A stretch of 63,989 nucleotides of DNA, counting the filler, from Dimargaris cristalligena (Eukaryota), in the NCBI GenBank assembly GCA_003614675.1. It is 3 parts of 3 records of this genome, joined end to end, with 100 filler letters (N's around TTAATTAATTAA, not from the genome) between each part and the next. Parts side by side here need not be neighbours in the genome. Positions count along the whole stretch, not along the records: positions 1 to 21,377 come from ML002664.1; 2 more parts are not named here. The stretch is one strand, 5' to 3'. Shown piece after piece: positions 1-12,082 of this stretch. The first letter of the stretch is position 1, and the number at the start of each line of letters is the position of its first letter. The notes below the pieces were generated by a model. That model was not told the origin of the DNA. It did not search any database and saw nothing but the letters and a program-made list of their open reading frames with translations. Made by a program: the position numbers and the translations under genes.

Positions 1-168
1 TATCTATCTTTTCAAATAAAGTTCAGTTTTCAAGGATTTGATTTCAGTTCTTTACAGCAGGATATTTCTGGGTTTATGTATCCCCTGGTCTCTCTATCTG
101 CCCATTGAACAAACCAATAACATATTATTACTTGATTTGTTCATCCACTGAGAAACCTTTCCTTTGAT

Positions 169-691
169 TGTTGCCCAGGTTAACTACTCTTAGTCCATCA
201 AGAGTCCTGGGGATAGGCTTCTAATGGTAGGTGGGGCTTAGGCTCTGCTAAGCAGGTACTAACCAATAAAGGATGAGTGTAGGCTAATGCAAGGGACGTG
301 CAACAGGCACACTTACTGGCTAATACAAGGGGTGAGCATATAAGGAGTTTATTGAGTAAACTGAGGGGGTAAGAATAAGCTAAGGAACTGAACCAGTCCC
401 AGAGGGGCCCAGTTATTTATACACAGGGACCACTCATAACAAGGGGTCCCTAAGGGAATGGGATGACTAAGGTAGAGGTGAGGGTTGGAGTCTTGACTGG
501 GTAGGCTTGCTTTCAGAAGACTCTCACTGTGAGGGGAGGGCCATTGGATCAGCCAGTAGAGTATGGTGTGAGAAGCATTGGGACCCAGTCATAGTGGGTT
601 ATATAGTTGAGGGAGGGGTAATATGGCACTATAAGGCAATAGGACGGGACATTCAGTGTTCTGTATTTAGGAAGGATTAAGTGGGCTGACA
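169..691 (-). mobile_element. Solo LTR of an LTR retrotransposon with 5-bp target-site duplication
   Basis: Bounded by TG...CA (TGTTGCCC...GGGCTGACA). TTGAT lies on both sides (164-168 and 692-696). On the minus strand a TATAAATA (414-421) is followed by AATAAA (348-353). Colinear similarity to 20408-20992. Almost no CpG. Confidence 0.85.
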
Positions 692-1924
692 TTGATGAAG
701 GGCAATTCCTTTCATCTTGGGATCAGTTGTAATATTCATCAAATAAAAATATAATAGCTTATATAAATAAAACAAAATAATAAGATATATATTATAATAA
801 AGGAGTACACAATTTTGCAATACTGACTTTGATTAACTCACTGTCATTAGCTTGTTATTGATACAAATCACAAATCAGACAACCATTTCATTTGCTATTA
901 GCTGGATTGTCCATGTGTGCCATTAACTTTGATTCCCACGGCACCACATATTCACCCCATACCTGAAATGGTTGTTACAGCTAGCTTCAATAGACATTAT
1001 CATTTAGTTTCTTTGATATGGGTTCACAAAACTAACTTAAGTGGTTTTTTCATTACAAATACCAGTTGCAGCCTCACTTTGATTTTACTGGCGCGGTACT
1101 GGACATTCAGTGTGGTTGGTTTGGTGGTAAACACAGTCATACTGTGGACTATTTTAGAGAGTTAATACCAACAATTACGAAGTGTGTAAAAAATATTGCG
1201 CCCTGTTTGGGCTGAGTTCAGATATCCACTAACTATGTGGATTCACCAACTACTTCTTAGCTGATATCATCCAGCCGAGCTCCCCAATTCGCTTGGCAAT
1301 TCTAAAACCCGACTCTATCATATCACTTCTCCTTGCAGATATAATACACCATGGCCTGATTTCCGTATTTACATTTCATCCACACCACTACTATATGCCT
1401 TTGTTGTTGGCCAGCTCATTAGCCCAAGCAGTAATCTAGACTCTCAATAACGAATTCTTCGTTAAAATGGTAACTAAGCTATTTTTATTGATGTACACGC
1501 GAGTTCTGGGGTTAAGTGTAAACCAGGTTAAAATGGTATGGTTATAATATTTACCACTGCACCAAAACATTTACAACAATAGCAGCCTAATATTTACCCA
1601 ATATATATTCGCATAAGGCGATTTAAATTTTAAAAGAAAACGAGATAGGTAAATGATACTAAATAGCCCATAGCTGACTGCTCTAGACAGTGTTATTGCG
1701 AGTGATAGGAGGGGTAAAAAAAATGGGCCCGAGTACTGCAGTGAACCCTCTTTTGGCCGGCCGATATTCGAAGTATACTAAGCAATTTAGTGTTTAGTAT
1801 GGACGGAGTCGGCTGCAACTTATTAGCCAGCTATAATGAGACGATTCCCGGTAAACCCATTGGTTTGGACCTGGTTAAACTGAGGGGCATTGTTGTCAAT
1901 GTACTGGGTGCTATGCTATAACCC

Positions 1925-2170
1925 TGTTGGTTATAGGAAATAGGCTATTGGTACCGGGAAGTAAACTGTTGACCCTGGCGATTGACCCATTGGTTCTGCT
2001 GATAATTCTGTTGGTTATAGGAAATAGGTTGTTGGTTATAGGAAATAGGCTGTTGGTTATAGGAAATAGGTTGTTGGTTATAGGAAATAGGCTGTTGATT
2101 ATAGGAAATAGGCTGTTGGTTCTGGTAAGTAGACTGTTGGTTTTGGTTAGTAAACTGTTGGTTCTGGTAA
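1925..2170 (-). repeat. Coding 21-bp minisatellite (GTTGGTTATAGGAAATAGGCT)n
   Basis: About 5 near-perfect units at ~2010-2120, degenerate units on both sides, and one unit beyond the present stop codon. Confidence 0.9.
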
Positions 2171-2943
2171 GTGGGGAGTTGTTCCCGGGGAGGCAGGGGC
2201 GGGGGATTGGAGATATTGTTACTATTGTTAGATCCGCCAACGGATGAGTTATTCTGGTCGGTTGAGGCATAGGTTTTGGGTAAATTAGCGCTGGAGACTG
2301 CTGCTTGGCTGTTGGGGGTGATGGGCAATCCAAGGTGGGGGCCAAAGCAACGAACCATCCACTTTTTGGCTTCACTCTGTTTCGGAATTCCGGTATCCAC
2401 GTTTAGATAGCCAATAAGGTACGCGGTGGCCAGGTCCGAATCAGACGGCTTCTCGGAAGAATTTTGGGAAGGCTTATATTTGGACGCGGTATCAATCAAA
2501 GCGTTTTCGTTACTCACGAATACCGGAAAAATGCGATTGGCCCATTTTATCATTGCGTAATTCTCTAGATTGGGACCAAATCTCGGTGGTTTCGACATAT
2601 ATTTACTACCTAAGAAAGCAAACTCGAACTCATCGAAGAGCCAGTAATATCCGTCTAACTGATCCTGGCTTTCGATGAATTGATTCGTAGTACCGGTACC
2701 AAGAGTCTCCTTGATATCCCGTAACTGTTGCACATAATTACGGTGTTGGTCTTTTCCAGCCTCATCACTCGGTTTGATATCATAGAAGGTCGCGCAGAAG
2801 GGATGGATATTTGGGCCAGTAGGTTGATTCCCAGGGTTATTGGTCCTGGTGCTATCCAGTTGTGTTCCTCGGATGGGCGTAGCGGAGGACAAGCATACAC
2901 TGGCAGCTGCGAGGACGATAATAGCGGAGACGTTGACTTTCAT
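1945..2943 (-). CDS. Secreted protein with C-terminal Q/N-rich (ISYNQQP)n repeats; lineage-specific, effector-like
   Basis: 332-aa ORF with signal peptide MKVNVSAIIVLAAASVCLSSA, CCACC-ATG context and a 21-bp tandem repeat encoding SYNQQPI. No family recognised. Confidence 0.8.
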   Translation of the reverse strand: MKVNVSAIIVLAAASVCLSSATPIRGTQLDSTRTNNPGNQPTGPNIHPFCATFYDIKPSDEAGKDQHRNYVQQLRDIKETLGTGTTNQFIESQDQLDGYYWLFDEFEFAFLGSKYMSKPPRFGPNLENYAMIKWANRIFPVFVSNENALIDTASKYKPSQNSSEKPSDSDLATAYLIGYLNVDTGIPKQSEAKKWMVRCFGPHLGLPITPNSQAAVSSANLPKTYASTDQNNSSVGGSNNSNNISNPPPLPPREQLPTYQNQQFTNQNQQSTYQNQQPISYNQQPISYNQQPISYNQQPISYNQQPISYNQQNYQQNQWVNRQGQQFTSRYQ

Positions 2944-5900
2944 GGTGGAGACGAGTGTAAAGGCTCAATTAGCTGGATGGCTAACCAGAGAGGATGGCTT
3001 CGGGCGAGGAAAGGTTTTCACGTACTAATGGACTGGAGACAGTGCAACTGGTAAGCGCATACACAAAAAATTGTTGATAATTGAAAATGTCGAAGGTGGG
3101 GGAAGAGAACTCGGGGGGAAGGCAATATAAAACTACTTTGTCAGAGGGAGATGTTGATAAGCGTCTTAGGGGTACTTGGGTCACGTATTTATATTCGAAT
3201 GACCCAAAGCGGTTCTACGGTTATACATCCCCCCTCTCCCATTTGGATTCAGCGGAATGGCCCCATTTCGCCAGCCCCAATTATGCAATTGGTACCACCA
3301 TCAATGGTTATTCATTGCATTCCAAAGACTGCTCGGCTTTATGTTTCTTTCTCGACCCAACCGCCGGCTACTTTAATCCACCGGGTAAAGGGTAGTTGGT
3401 CAAAGTCACCCGAGTTGGTTGGGATTGAGCCCGAAATTTGAGTAAAGAGTTCATTGGCCTTTAACACATTAAGCTATAGTTCTCGATTGAACCAGTCTCC
3501 CTGCAGAAAAAGCTATTGCCCTCGTATCCCCTTTTGAGCTCCCCTTCTTTCTATCCCTTACGACCTTTTTGCGGATGCGAAACTATTCTACAGGTGAACT
3601 CCAATCCAACCGTATAAGGTGTTAGATGAGACTGCCTCAAAATAGATTTGCCTCTTTTTTTACTGTGCCCATCTCAACCATCGCACCAAACGGGAGCTGT
3701 GTAGTAGAGCGGGGCCAAGCCCCACCCATATACAGTGCGCTTTAGCGGATAGTCCTATTATACGACTCAGCTACGCGCCGACCCAGGACCACTGGCTTTA
3801 CTACCCAAGGCGAACGGTCTAATGGTACTGTATGAGATAAAACCTGCGTCCGGCTTTTCGACCCTACAAAGCCGTTCGCATCCTATATTACGCACCCCAA
3901 GCAGTTGTATTGCCCCATTTTGGGACCGAGTTGAATATTAGGCGGAAGTATTCGGCTGGCTACTGCCGTCACCCCTTCCCATACCAGTTCCCCGTCGAAT
4001 ATATCCCTATTGGCGTAAATAATGGGGTCATTGAAAGGAAAATGGTCATTGTACAGAGTATTCATGGATAGTAGGATTGGTAGGCTAGTAGAAGCCGAAT
4101 CCTCACCAGTCACACTGTACACCGGCGTCGGTACATCGCAAAAGCAAAGGAAAGCCAGTTAAATGTCGCGGAGGGACACCCTTTGTCTACTAGCCCCTCT
4201 TTATCTCTTTTAGCCCTCCAACAGATCCCCTGCTCCAGGCTTGTATTTTCTCTTGTCGAAAAAATGACGCTGTTTTTAGGAAATCTCGCCTAAAAGAAAT
4301 CCCGCTGGTCCATTCAATTTACTCTGTACTCAGCTACTATTTTGCACAGAAGGCACTGCCTATTTATTGCCCACTTCCCTGTTCATTGATACTCTGCACC
4401 AAGTGCAGAGTGTACAGGTCCTACCTAGTCTCCGTCGGAGTAATGCCTAGTATCCTCAATATGTGCTTTGTTTTTTTATACCTGTTGTAATAGTAATAGG
4501 ATAGTATTTGAGATGGAGGTCATTAATCGGAAAGAGGGCGGATGTAGTTGGTGTTATTCCTGGCTGCTAGTAATTGAAGTCAGTGGTACTTGTAGTGGGA
4601 CAAAATGTTATTTAAAAGGCTGCCACCAAAGAAACTAATAACACTATTTATACCCTTTCATTGGTAGTATAATATAGTAAGGGTTGAGAGATCTAGTCCT
4701 TTCGACAAGCTGCTCTTCACTCCGGCTAACCCAAGTGCTTCTTGTTGGTAAAGAGTGAGCTTTTGTAAAGCCCATACGGCCCGTCCTTCTTTAGTGCATA
4801 AATATTCCCCATTTTCTCGGCTACTGTTATTTTTAACCCTGGCAATAGCGACATGGTAGTACCCTTGCCAGAGGGCGGTGTGGGCGGAGACCTGGTTTCA
4901 CTAATAGCCTGGGCATCCCTTAATGACGAACTTATCCACGAGTAGCACTGGGCCCGGCTTCCGATGCCTCACCACCTTACAAGGTTACCTCAAGGCTATA
5001 CAGCTCAACAGGGATGGACCTTATGCATGTTAAGCATTATCAGCACACGCACGATATAATATAGCCCGACTATATAATGAGTGGTCGGTTAATATGCTCG
5101 AATATAAATTCGATACGATAAAACTGGAAGTAAAGGAAGAAAGCAGCTTGAGGCCGGTAGGTGCCTCAAGGTGGTTAGTTTTGCTGAATAATGTAGTCGG
5201 TAGGGGGCATTTTTAGTGGTTGAAATGAGCAGACAAAGAATAACTAGCTAAGCTAGTGTAGTTGGTCCGAAACAAGGGGGAATGGAAGACCCGTCGGGGT
5301 ATATTTTTCAATACAATTGAGCACCAGCTACGCTCCTCTACCCCATGTGAGCTCCCTGCCACTGTAAAAATCAGTCTGACATGGTTCATGTGGCAAATAG
5401 TAGATATTTAATGCTGAGACGGGGGCGAAGGTTGTATTAGTCTCGCCGGGACACTGTGTCCCGAATATCTCCATTTACCTATTTAGCTTATGCCCTACTT
5501 AATCGGTTCGCACTTATCTTAGGTAGGACTATGATTGTAATATCCGATTTTGGGCTACATGTCGGACGCCGGACTTTGCCCAATGCCTTAAGGCCTGTCA
5601 CATTAAACCAGTTTCATTATGTTTTATATAGGTATATCCCAATGGCTATGCAGGGTTTTAAACAAAATGTACACGGCAAAATAGGCGATACATTTATTTT
5701 TACATTGACATATTAGCGGTATCGAATCTATGTTTAGTTATACAGCTGAGCTGAATGTCTCCCATATGGATTTCCCCAACGGGGACTTCGTTTTTTTAAA
5801 AAAAACAGATAACAGATGATGCTCGGAGAGATGGGTATATAGACTACCTGCAACGGAAACAATCGAAAGGGGGTTGAAATGACCAGTTTAGTCTTCATTA

Positions 5901-6967
5901 GCTATGGATGTGTGTGTACGTGTTCTGGTTCACCATTCTACGAAGCGATTCACACTTCACAATGTGTACCCTTCCATCGAAACCGTGCACTTTTCGCTAA
6001 ACCCGCGAAGACCTCTTGGGACTCCCCTTTTTCCAATGGTATTTGACCCCCTTTGATCGATTGAGAGCAATGTCACCAAGATAAGATTGGTTGGTGTGTA
6101 TCGGCCACAGTTAGCCTCTGGGATTGCAATTAGGAATATCCAAAGTGGGACAACGACGCACTCCATCGACATTATTTTCAACGAGCGAAAAAACAGCCCA
6201 GGAATTCGTGAGGGGTTCAACCATACGGGTTAACCAAAAAAAATCCACCGGAAAAGGCTAGCACAGCTAGTTAAAAATCCATAGCCTGCCTATTTCCTGC
6301 ACATATATAATTTACAATCATGTACAGCTGCGCTGAATTTCACTCATATGAATTTCATTAATGTTCGTTTCTATTTTTCGCCACCCTCAATGTATATTAG
6401 GAATACTGTTGCACTTTCCCCCTTTCCTCCCAAATGCCGCCCCATTCGGCCTTGAAGCCGATGATTGGTTGCACATACCCATACCCTTACGGGGGTTCGG
6501 TTGATTCCTTTTCGAGCACCGACACTACCGCGGTTGGTCTGTTGACGTATTCCAAATTATCCGTTTAAGAATCGGGGGAGCCAACCAACTGATGGTTAAC
6601 CGTATGGCCTTCGCAACAATGAACCTCACGAAGGACCAGCCCCCTGGGAGTATTTTGTAGATGGATTAACGGGGCATCGACGTCGTCCTGTTTTTTACGT
6701 TGCCCAAACCTCCAAGGGACTTGCGCCGTGAATACACTTTGCATAAATAGCGAGTGCCTCGCACATCTCTCTAAAGTTACCCCACTCCTATTAAATTTAT
6801 TTCGCTTTAATCTTGATCAACTACCCACCCAACTCGACTTCTCGTCAGATATTCCTAACTCTGTACTTTGAGAGTTTCTTCATTCTTTAACATCCCCCCT
6901 CTCACACTCCCACACCTACTCTCACGCCCACCCCCTCCCCTACTTTCCCAGTTGCAGAAGAGCCGCC

Positions 6968-7509
6968 ATGAAACCCAATCCCAAGTCCAAACTATCCAAA
7001 AACGCAGCTATATTCCTAGCAGGCTTCGCAAGATCTACGATTGCATTAAGACACCGACCCCCCCTTTGCCGTCTTCAGAAGCCAACGAGGCTCTAGTAAC
7101 CCTTCGGGCTCAGAACGAAGAGCGGACCCGTGTCATGCAAGAGGCTCAAGCCAACCTAGTGAAACATTTTGAAGAAGCCGCCCATTACCAGGAAAGTGCC
7201 GGGTTTTTAACCGAGATTAATGAGCGATACCAAAAAGCCAAGAATACTGAACTAATACTACCCTTTGAAATCCGACTATCCGAGAAAACTGAACCCGCTT
7301 TTGTGCATTCCATATCCATGGAAAAGCTCCGAATGTACGTAGGTCTAGGACCCAAAGGACAGGGTTTGGTTCCTTGGATATTTTACCTTCGCCCGAATGA
7401 CCCCGTTGAAAAAGAAATGCTTACCCACATTACATCTGCCGAGTACGCCAATAATTTTTTTGATGTGAAAACTGGCGTAATTGCCGCTGATGACTCAGCC
7501 ACTTCATAA
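6968..7509 (+). CDS. Putative prefoldin alpha-subunit-like (UXT-like) protein; gene structure uncertain
   Basis: A helical segment ending INERYQKAKNTEL, then AFVHSISMEKLRMYVGLG, resembles the UXT/prefoldin-alpha helix plus beta-hairpin pattern (IERLQEAKHSEL...FFVDTVVPDTSRIYVALG). The GCCGCC-ATG at 6968 is out of frame with the main ORF (6868-7509). Confidence 0.4.
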
Positions 7510-8038
7510 TACGCACGAGACTGAGTTCAACAATTTCCAGCACCAGTGCTGCTACTCTATTCATCAATATGCTACCCCAGGTGGACCGCATGTCCGATGA
7601 AAACGGGCACAAGTGTATTAATTCCTAATAGCCAAATTACCGCCGCCTGGTCCGGTGTTATCCATCGATATGCTATTGGTTCGTTATTCTGGCCTTTCCT
7701 TCCATATATCCATTAGTCCCTTTAAAATCTTAGGACAATTCGTTAGAAATATAAATAAATAACGTTGGGAGTCTATTGCCGGCGGAGTGGTCCATCTTTT
7801 GACCGCGGGGTTTCTTTTATTCATTCAAGACGGGACCTTGGTGAAGACGTTGGTTTATAATTTATTGATCATATTAAAAATGGATTAGCGAGTAAAAGAA
7901 TAGGCCATGCTAATAACTGTTGGAAGTATCGACACATTCACGGATAGGAAGACTGTTCGTGATAAAATTAAAGGGTTTATTCGGCCGGCAGTTTACTTGA
8001 ACCATGAGGAAACAAATGGCCGACACGTCGTGGGATGA

Positions 8039-9903
8039 CTATTCCTTCGCCGGCAATAGTCCTTGGACCATGGCAAGAACCTCCCAGGCGCAGCTCCAGC
8101 TAGTTTGGTAACCTGATGAATGAACCAAATAAGCATAATATTATTAGGATTTGATATACCATAGCGTTCAGTGAAATACATCCTAGGATCAGCCGTGTCC
8201 TATTCATTAAATCGGTTTGAAAAAATGGCTTCAAACCTAGATACATAGGCAATTATAAAGACACCATTGACTTACCGTAGCCGGCATGCCCGTAATTGTG
8301 GATGAGGTAGCGATCTTGATCTTGCAATTGAAATACAAACATAAAAGGATATACAATTACCGTAATATTTGAGATGAGCCCACATGTATAGGATTAGTTA
8401 TTAGTTTAAAGCTTTAGATTGATATGGCGTTGCTGGGGTGTTGTCGCTGTGCAACTATTTAGAAGGCCTCAATACGCGACCGGCTTCCAGAATTCAAGAG
8501 AGTAATAGTATCTTTTAGCCTTGTTCGATTACCTTGAGGCTCCATATCAACACGGGGTCCGCCAACTCGACCGGGGCGTAGACCGGCACCCTCGGCCAGG
8601 ACAAACGGTTCAGTTTTGTCAGCTTGGGTGTTCCATGCGTTGTAATCAGCTACAAGTTCGGGACACACGCTAGTGCAGCGCTCCCAGATAATGTCAGAGG
8701 TGGCCTTGTTGACAGTCGCATCACTAAAGAGGCGGGATTCCGAATTAGAGTAACGTACGGTATAGTGAGTGTCGGAATTAGGTGCGAAATGAGTTGTAGC
8801 ACAAAAATAACCCTCCTATTATGCGGGTATTTTCTAGGCTGGGATTGAAGTACAGGGCTGTCATTATTACTGTTAAAAAATCAACCACTAAAATAATCAC
8901 ACCGGCCTATTCAGAATGACCAGCGAGGGATAGTCTACGGACTCCATCTATATGACTTACTAGCTTGAACTCTCCTTGCTGCCGCCTAAAAACACCGTCC
9001 CATCGCCCCGCGGAATGATGGTAGTCATCATAGCGACGGGGCCGGGTTTAGTGGTCACATTGATACTATCCTTGACGGAGGGAGCGCGCACAAGCATCCA
9101 CTGGCCTCGCACCGAATACACGTCCAGGTCCTCCACACCACCCAGCGTACGGGCACCTAACCCCGTACAGTTGACCACAATGTCCGCCGTGGGATGCTGG
9201 GGTTCGTGGGTAAACGCCCCATTGACATCCGAGTAGTAGCTGTCCAAACGAACCACCTTAACCCCTGCATCAATGCATTGCTGGTATACCCACTGTAGAT
9301 AAACCGGGACATTGATGGCGATTTTCTTGTAGGTTACGCCCATCTTTGTATTCGGGACGAGCTCCTCCGGGGCCAATGTGCGGAACTTTTAGAGCAAAGT
9401 CCATAGAAATACACTTGCGGAAATAGCCAAAGTTAGGTACTCAGTATATATATATATATATTTCGCATGGAAAAGACCAAGAAGCCCACCTATGGGGACA
9501 CACTACGTTGGACCCCCAGAGCGACGTTTAAGCTTGGGCAGAGCAAGCAACTTACCTCCGGGACCAGTTTATCGAACCAGACACGGGCGCCCCCTTGGGG
9601 AATTTCCTCCCAGTAGTCAAACGAGCGGGTGGGCACGATACCGCACTCAGGGTGCTTCCGGGCCAACTCGAACAGGCGGGCCAGGGTCAGTTCCTCGAAC
9701 CGCTGCAAACGCACGTCAGCGGCGTCGGCCCAGGAGCGCCAATGGGCACCCGCGGATGGACTGGCAAACTGGGCATTCCCCGCCTGGCCCGGAAGGTCTT
9801 TGGCCAGAACCGTAACGGCGTAGCGGCTCTGGCGAAGGACCAGGGCGGTGGTGAGACCTACAACACCACCTCCTAGAACCTTGACACACGGCTGGGTGGC
9901 CAT
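8039..9903 (-). CDS. DAO: D-amino-acid oxidase (FAD-dependent), 5 exons
   Basis: Exons approx. 9903-9556, 9385-8961, 8723-8533, 8320-8276, 8112-8039, with GT..AG introns. Motifs VLGGGVVGL, FASPSAGAHW, VVNCTGLGARTLGGVED, VRGQ, IIPRGDG, GLRPGR, IHNYGHAGYGYQTSW. Confidence 0.93.
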
Positions 9904-10621
9904 AGTGGCGGACGAGGTGGGTGGAAGGAGGTTCTGCGTAAAGGAATGGGAAAGTGAAAAGAAAAAGGTACAGCCGAGTGAGCTGTGGGTTAGCGGAAGA
10001 TAAATGCAGAGTAGGGTTTACAGAATAATAGTGGGGTGAGAATGAGGAGAATATAATGAGAGCTTTTAGTAAGCAACAGTTGGAGAGGCAAGGTGATAGA
10101 ATATATATATCCCTGAACCGCCAATGTATGGAGTAGTTAAGCTGTGGAAATAGCAGCAGTCCCGTTGGGAGTCACGGCGGTCTATTAGTACCGGTCGCCA
10201 GGGCACCCATAGGCCAATAATCGCCCATAATTTGGCAGGTGGGAATAGCCGCACCCAATCCAATAAACCATAGTGGTGTGTGCTATAGTGTTACTAGACC
10301 CTGGCTTCTGTAGAAAATAGCAATCATGTGCACACTGTTGATCATTCAAATATAGAGGTCCAAAATAGCCGCTTACAAGTCACAGGTGCAGGTTATTATA
10401 ATATATTATATTCTCCGGGCCATCTTGGACAGTGCTGCTCCATAGCCACTCGTGTATTTGTTGGCTATTCAAGTGCCTCTATACCCGAAAGCCTCCACCC
10501 AGAATCAATACGAGTCATTATCCGTCACAGCAGTACTATAGAATTCCCATGAGTGCCCAGAAGTACAATTTATTGGCGGAACAGGTCGCGCAATTCAGGG
10601 ATAAAATGGATTACATTGGTA

Positions 10622-11552
10622 TTAAACCGGGATACCAAATGCGTCATTGGGATAGCCGTTTACCAGTTCATCATTACGGGACGGGCTAATTACAACGTGG
10701 AGATAGGGTAGCGTATACTGACTTCCAATACCGCCGAATGTAGCATTCACCAATTCATCGGGCCGCTGGTTCCAAAAGGAAAATAGATTGATCGAGGTCA
10801 TCCGAAGCGGGCGTGTATGCAAATAGTCATAGCGTTAGATAAAAGTTAGTCGAGATGAGGACATCCTTTGTATCACACCCCGTAGTCAGCTCAGTGTAAC
10901 TATCACGCAAATTAGTACCCATCCTCGACATGGCTAAATGACTTACCCCGCTTAGCGATAAGTGCACTACATTACTTGTATCCAGGGCCGCTCGCCGACA
11001 AGCCGACAATACCGGTACTGCGGTGATATGATTAGGGTCAAAAAAGCCGTATGTCCCACCCTCCGAAGGGGCGTTGTCGTAAGTTGTTTTGTACTGGTCA
11101 AAACTGGACCGGAGTTCCCGTGTATAAATCCGGCCCAAATTTTTCGAAGTGATGGGGTTCGCCATCACCAGCGAGCAAATCGAAAACGTTTCGTTCCATT
11201 TCAGGGTGGGAATGGGGAAACTCATAAACGTCTTCATGCTCACTCGGTTAAAACTGGGCTCCGCCCGGTCCTGTTTGAGGGGCGCGGAGGCGGATATCGT
11301 AACCGTGGGGTGGCTGGGATCTTCCGCTATGTTTTCGCGGACGAGAAGATACGGAAGGCGGCCAAAGTTGCGCTTGGCACAGTCATTTTGGGGGCATAGT
11401 AGGGGGATAGGCTGCGTCGACTTGGCTACGAAAATGGCCTCATTTGCCGAAGTCTGGTGGAGCACATGGTCGGTGATAACCGGTCGAGTCGTGAGTAGCA
11501 GGGTTAGGAGGAGTCCCCAGGAAACGGCATAATATGATACTACTCGCATCAT
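10622..11552 (-). CDS. Secreted Cys-containing protein, CBM96/DNRLRE-like family (paralog 1), 2 exons
   Basis: Signal peptide; CPxxDC, SFPIP, CxL, NAP, YGFF and VPVLSACR motifs shared with the neighbour. Donor GTAAGT at 10946, acceptor before 10765, giving the C-terminus RPDELVN...PYLHVVIS...GIPV*. Confidence 0.75.
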
Positions 11553-12082
11553 AGAGACAGGGGCCCGGAATACTAATGTGGTCTACAGAATAATTTAACA
11601 ATGCCGTACCACTATAATCAAATAAGAAACCACGATGGGAGCGTCGTCCCCGTAAGTAATTCGAGTATAACTGACTAGGCTACACTATCGGGAAGGAGGA
11701 TATTTATCAATCGACTATAGAAGGCGAAGCGGGTCCCGTCGTCATTGGACAATCAGTATGAAAAGTCCAAAACAAGCCCAAGGTTTTAACTGACCCAAGT
11801 GTACGTGCCCCTTGTGGAGAACTAAGCTGACTCAGCGACAGTCTGGATCCAGCTGGGTGAATGGGGCAATAAAGTGATTAAGTTAGCAGGAGTAAGTGAA
11901 ACCTACACTCGGGATTTATTGGTTGCTAATTTACGTCAATAAGCCCAATGTATTCAAGATGGGGAAGTAGGGAGACGGTGTTTCTCCCCCCAAAAAACAT
12001 ATAATCTACGAACATTATCAGACCGAGAAGAGCTTCGGGGATATCGGCTATTTTATAAGCCAAGGTAGTGGGGTTTAACCGA

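Noticed and set aside
1925-2170. Tandem repeat as a CRISPR-like array
   Set aside because: Head-to-tail units without unique spacers, in frame within a eukaryotic CDS.
1911-2375. Alternative-frame and antisense ORFs over the 21-bp repeat (1911-2375 -, 1927-2247 +)
   Set aside because: By-products of a stop-free minisatellite; the signal-peptide frame explains the region.
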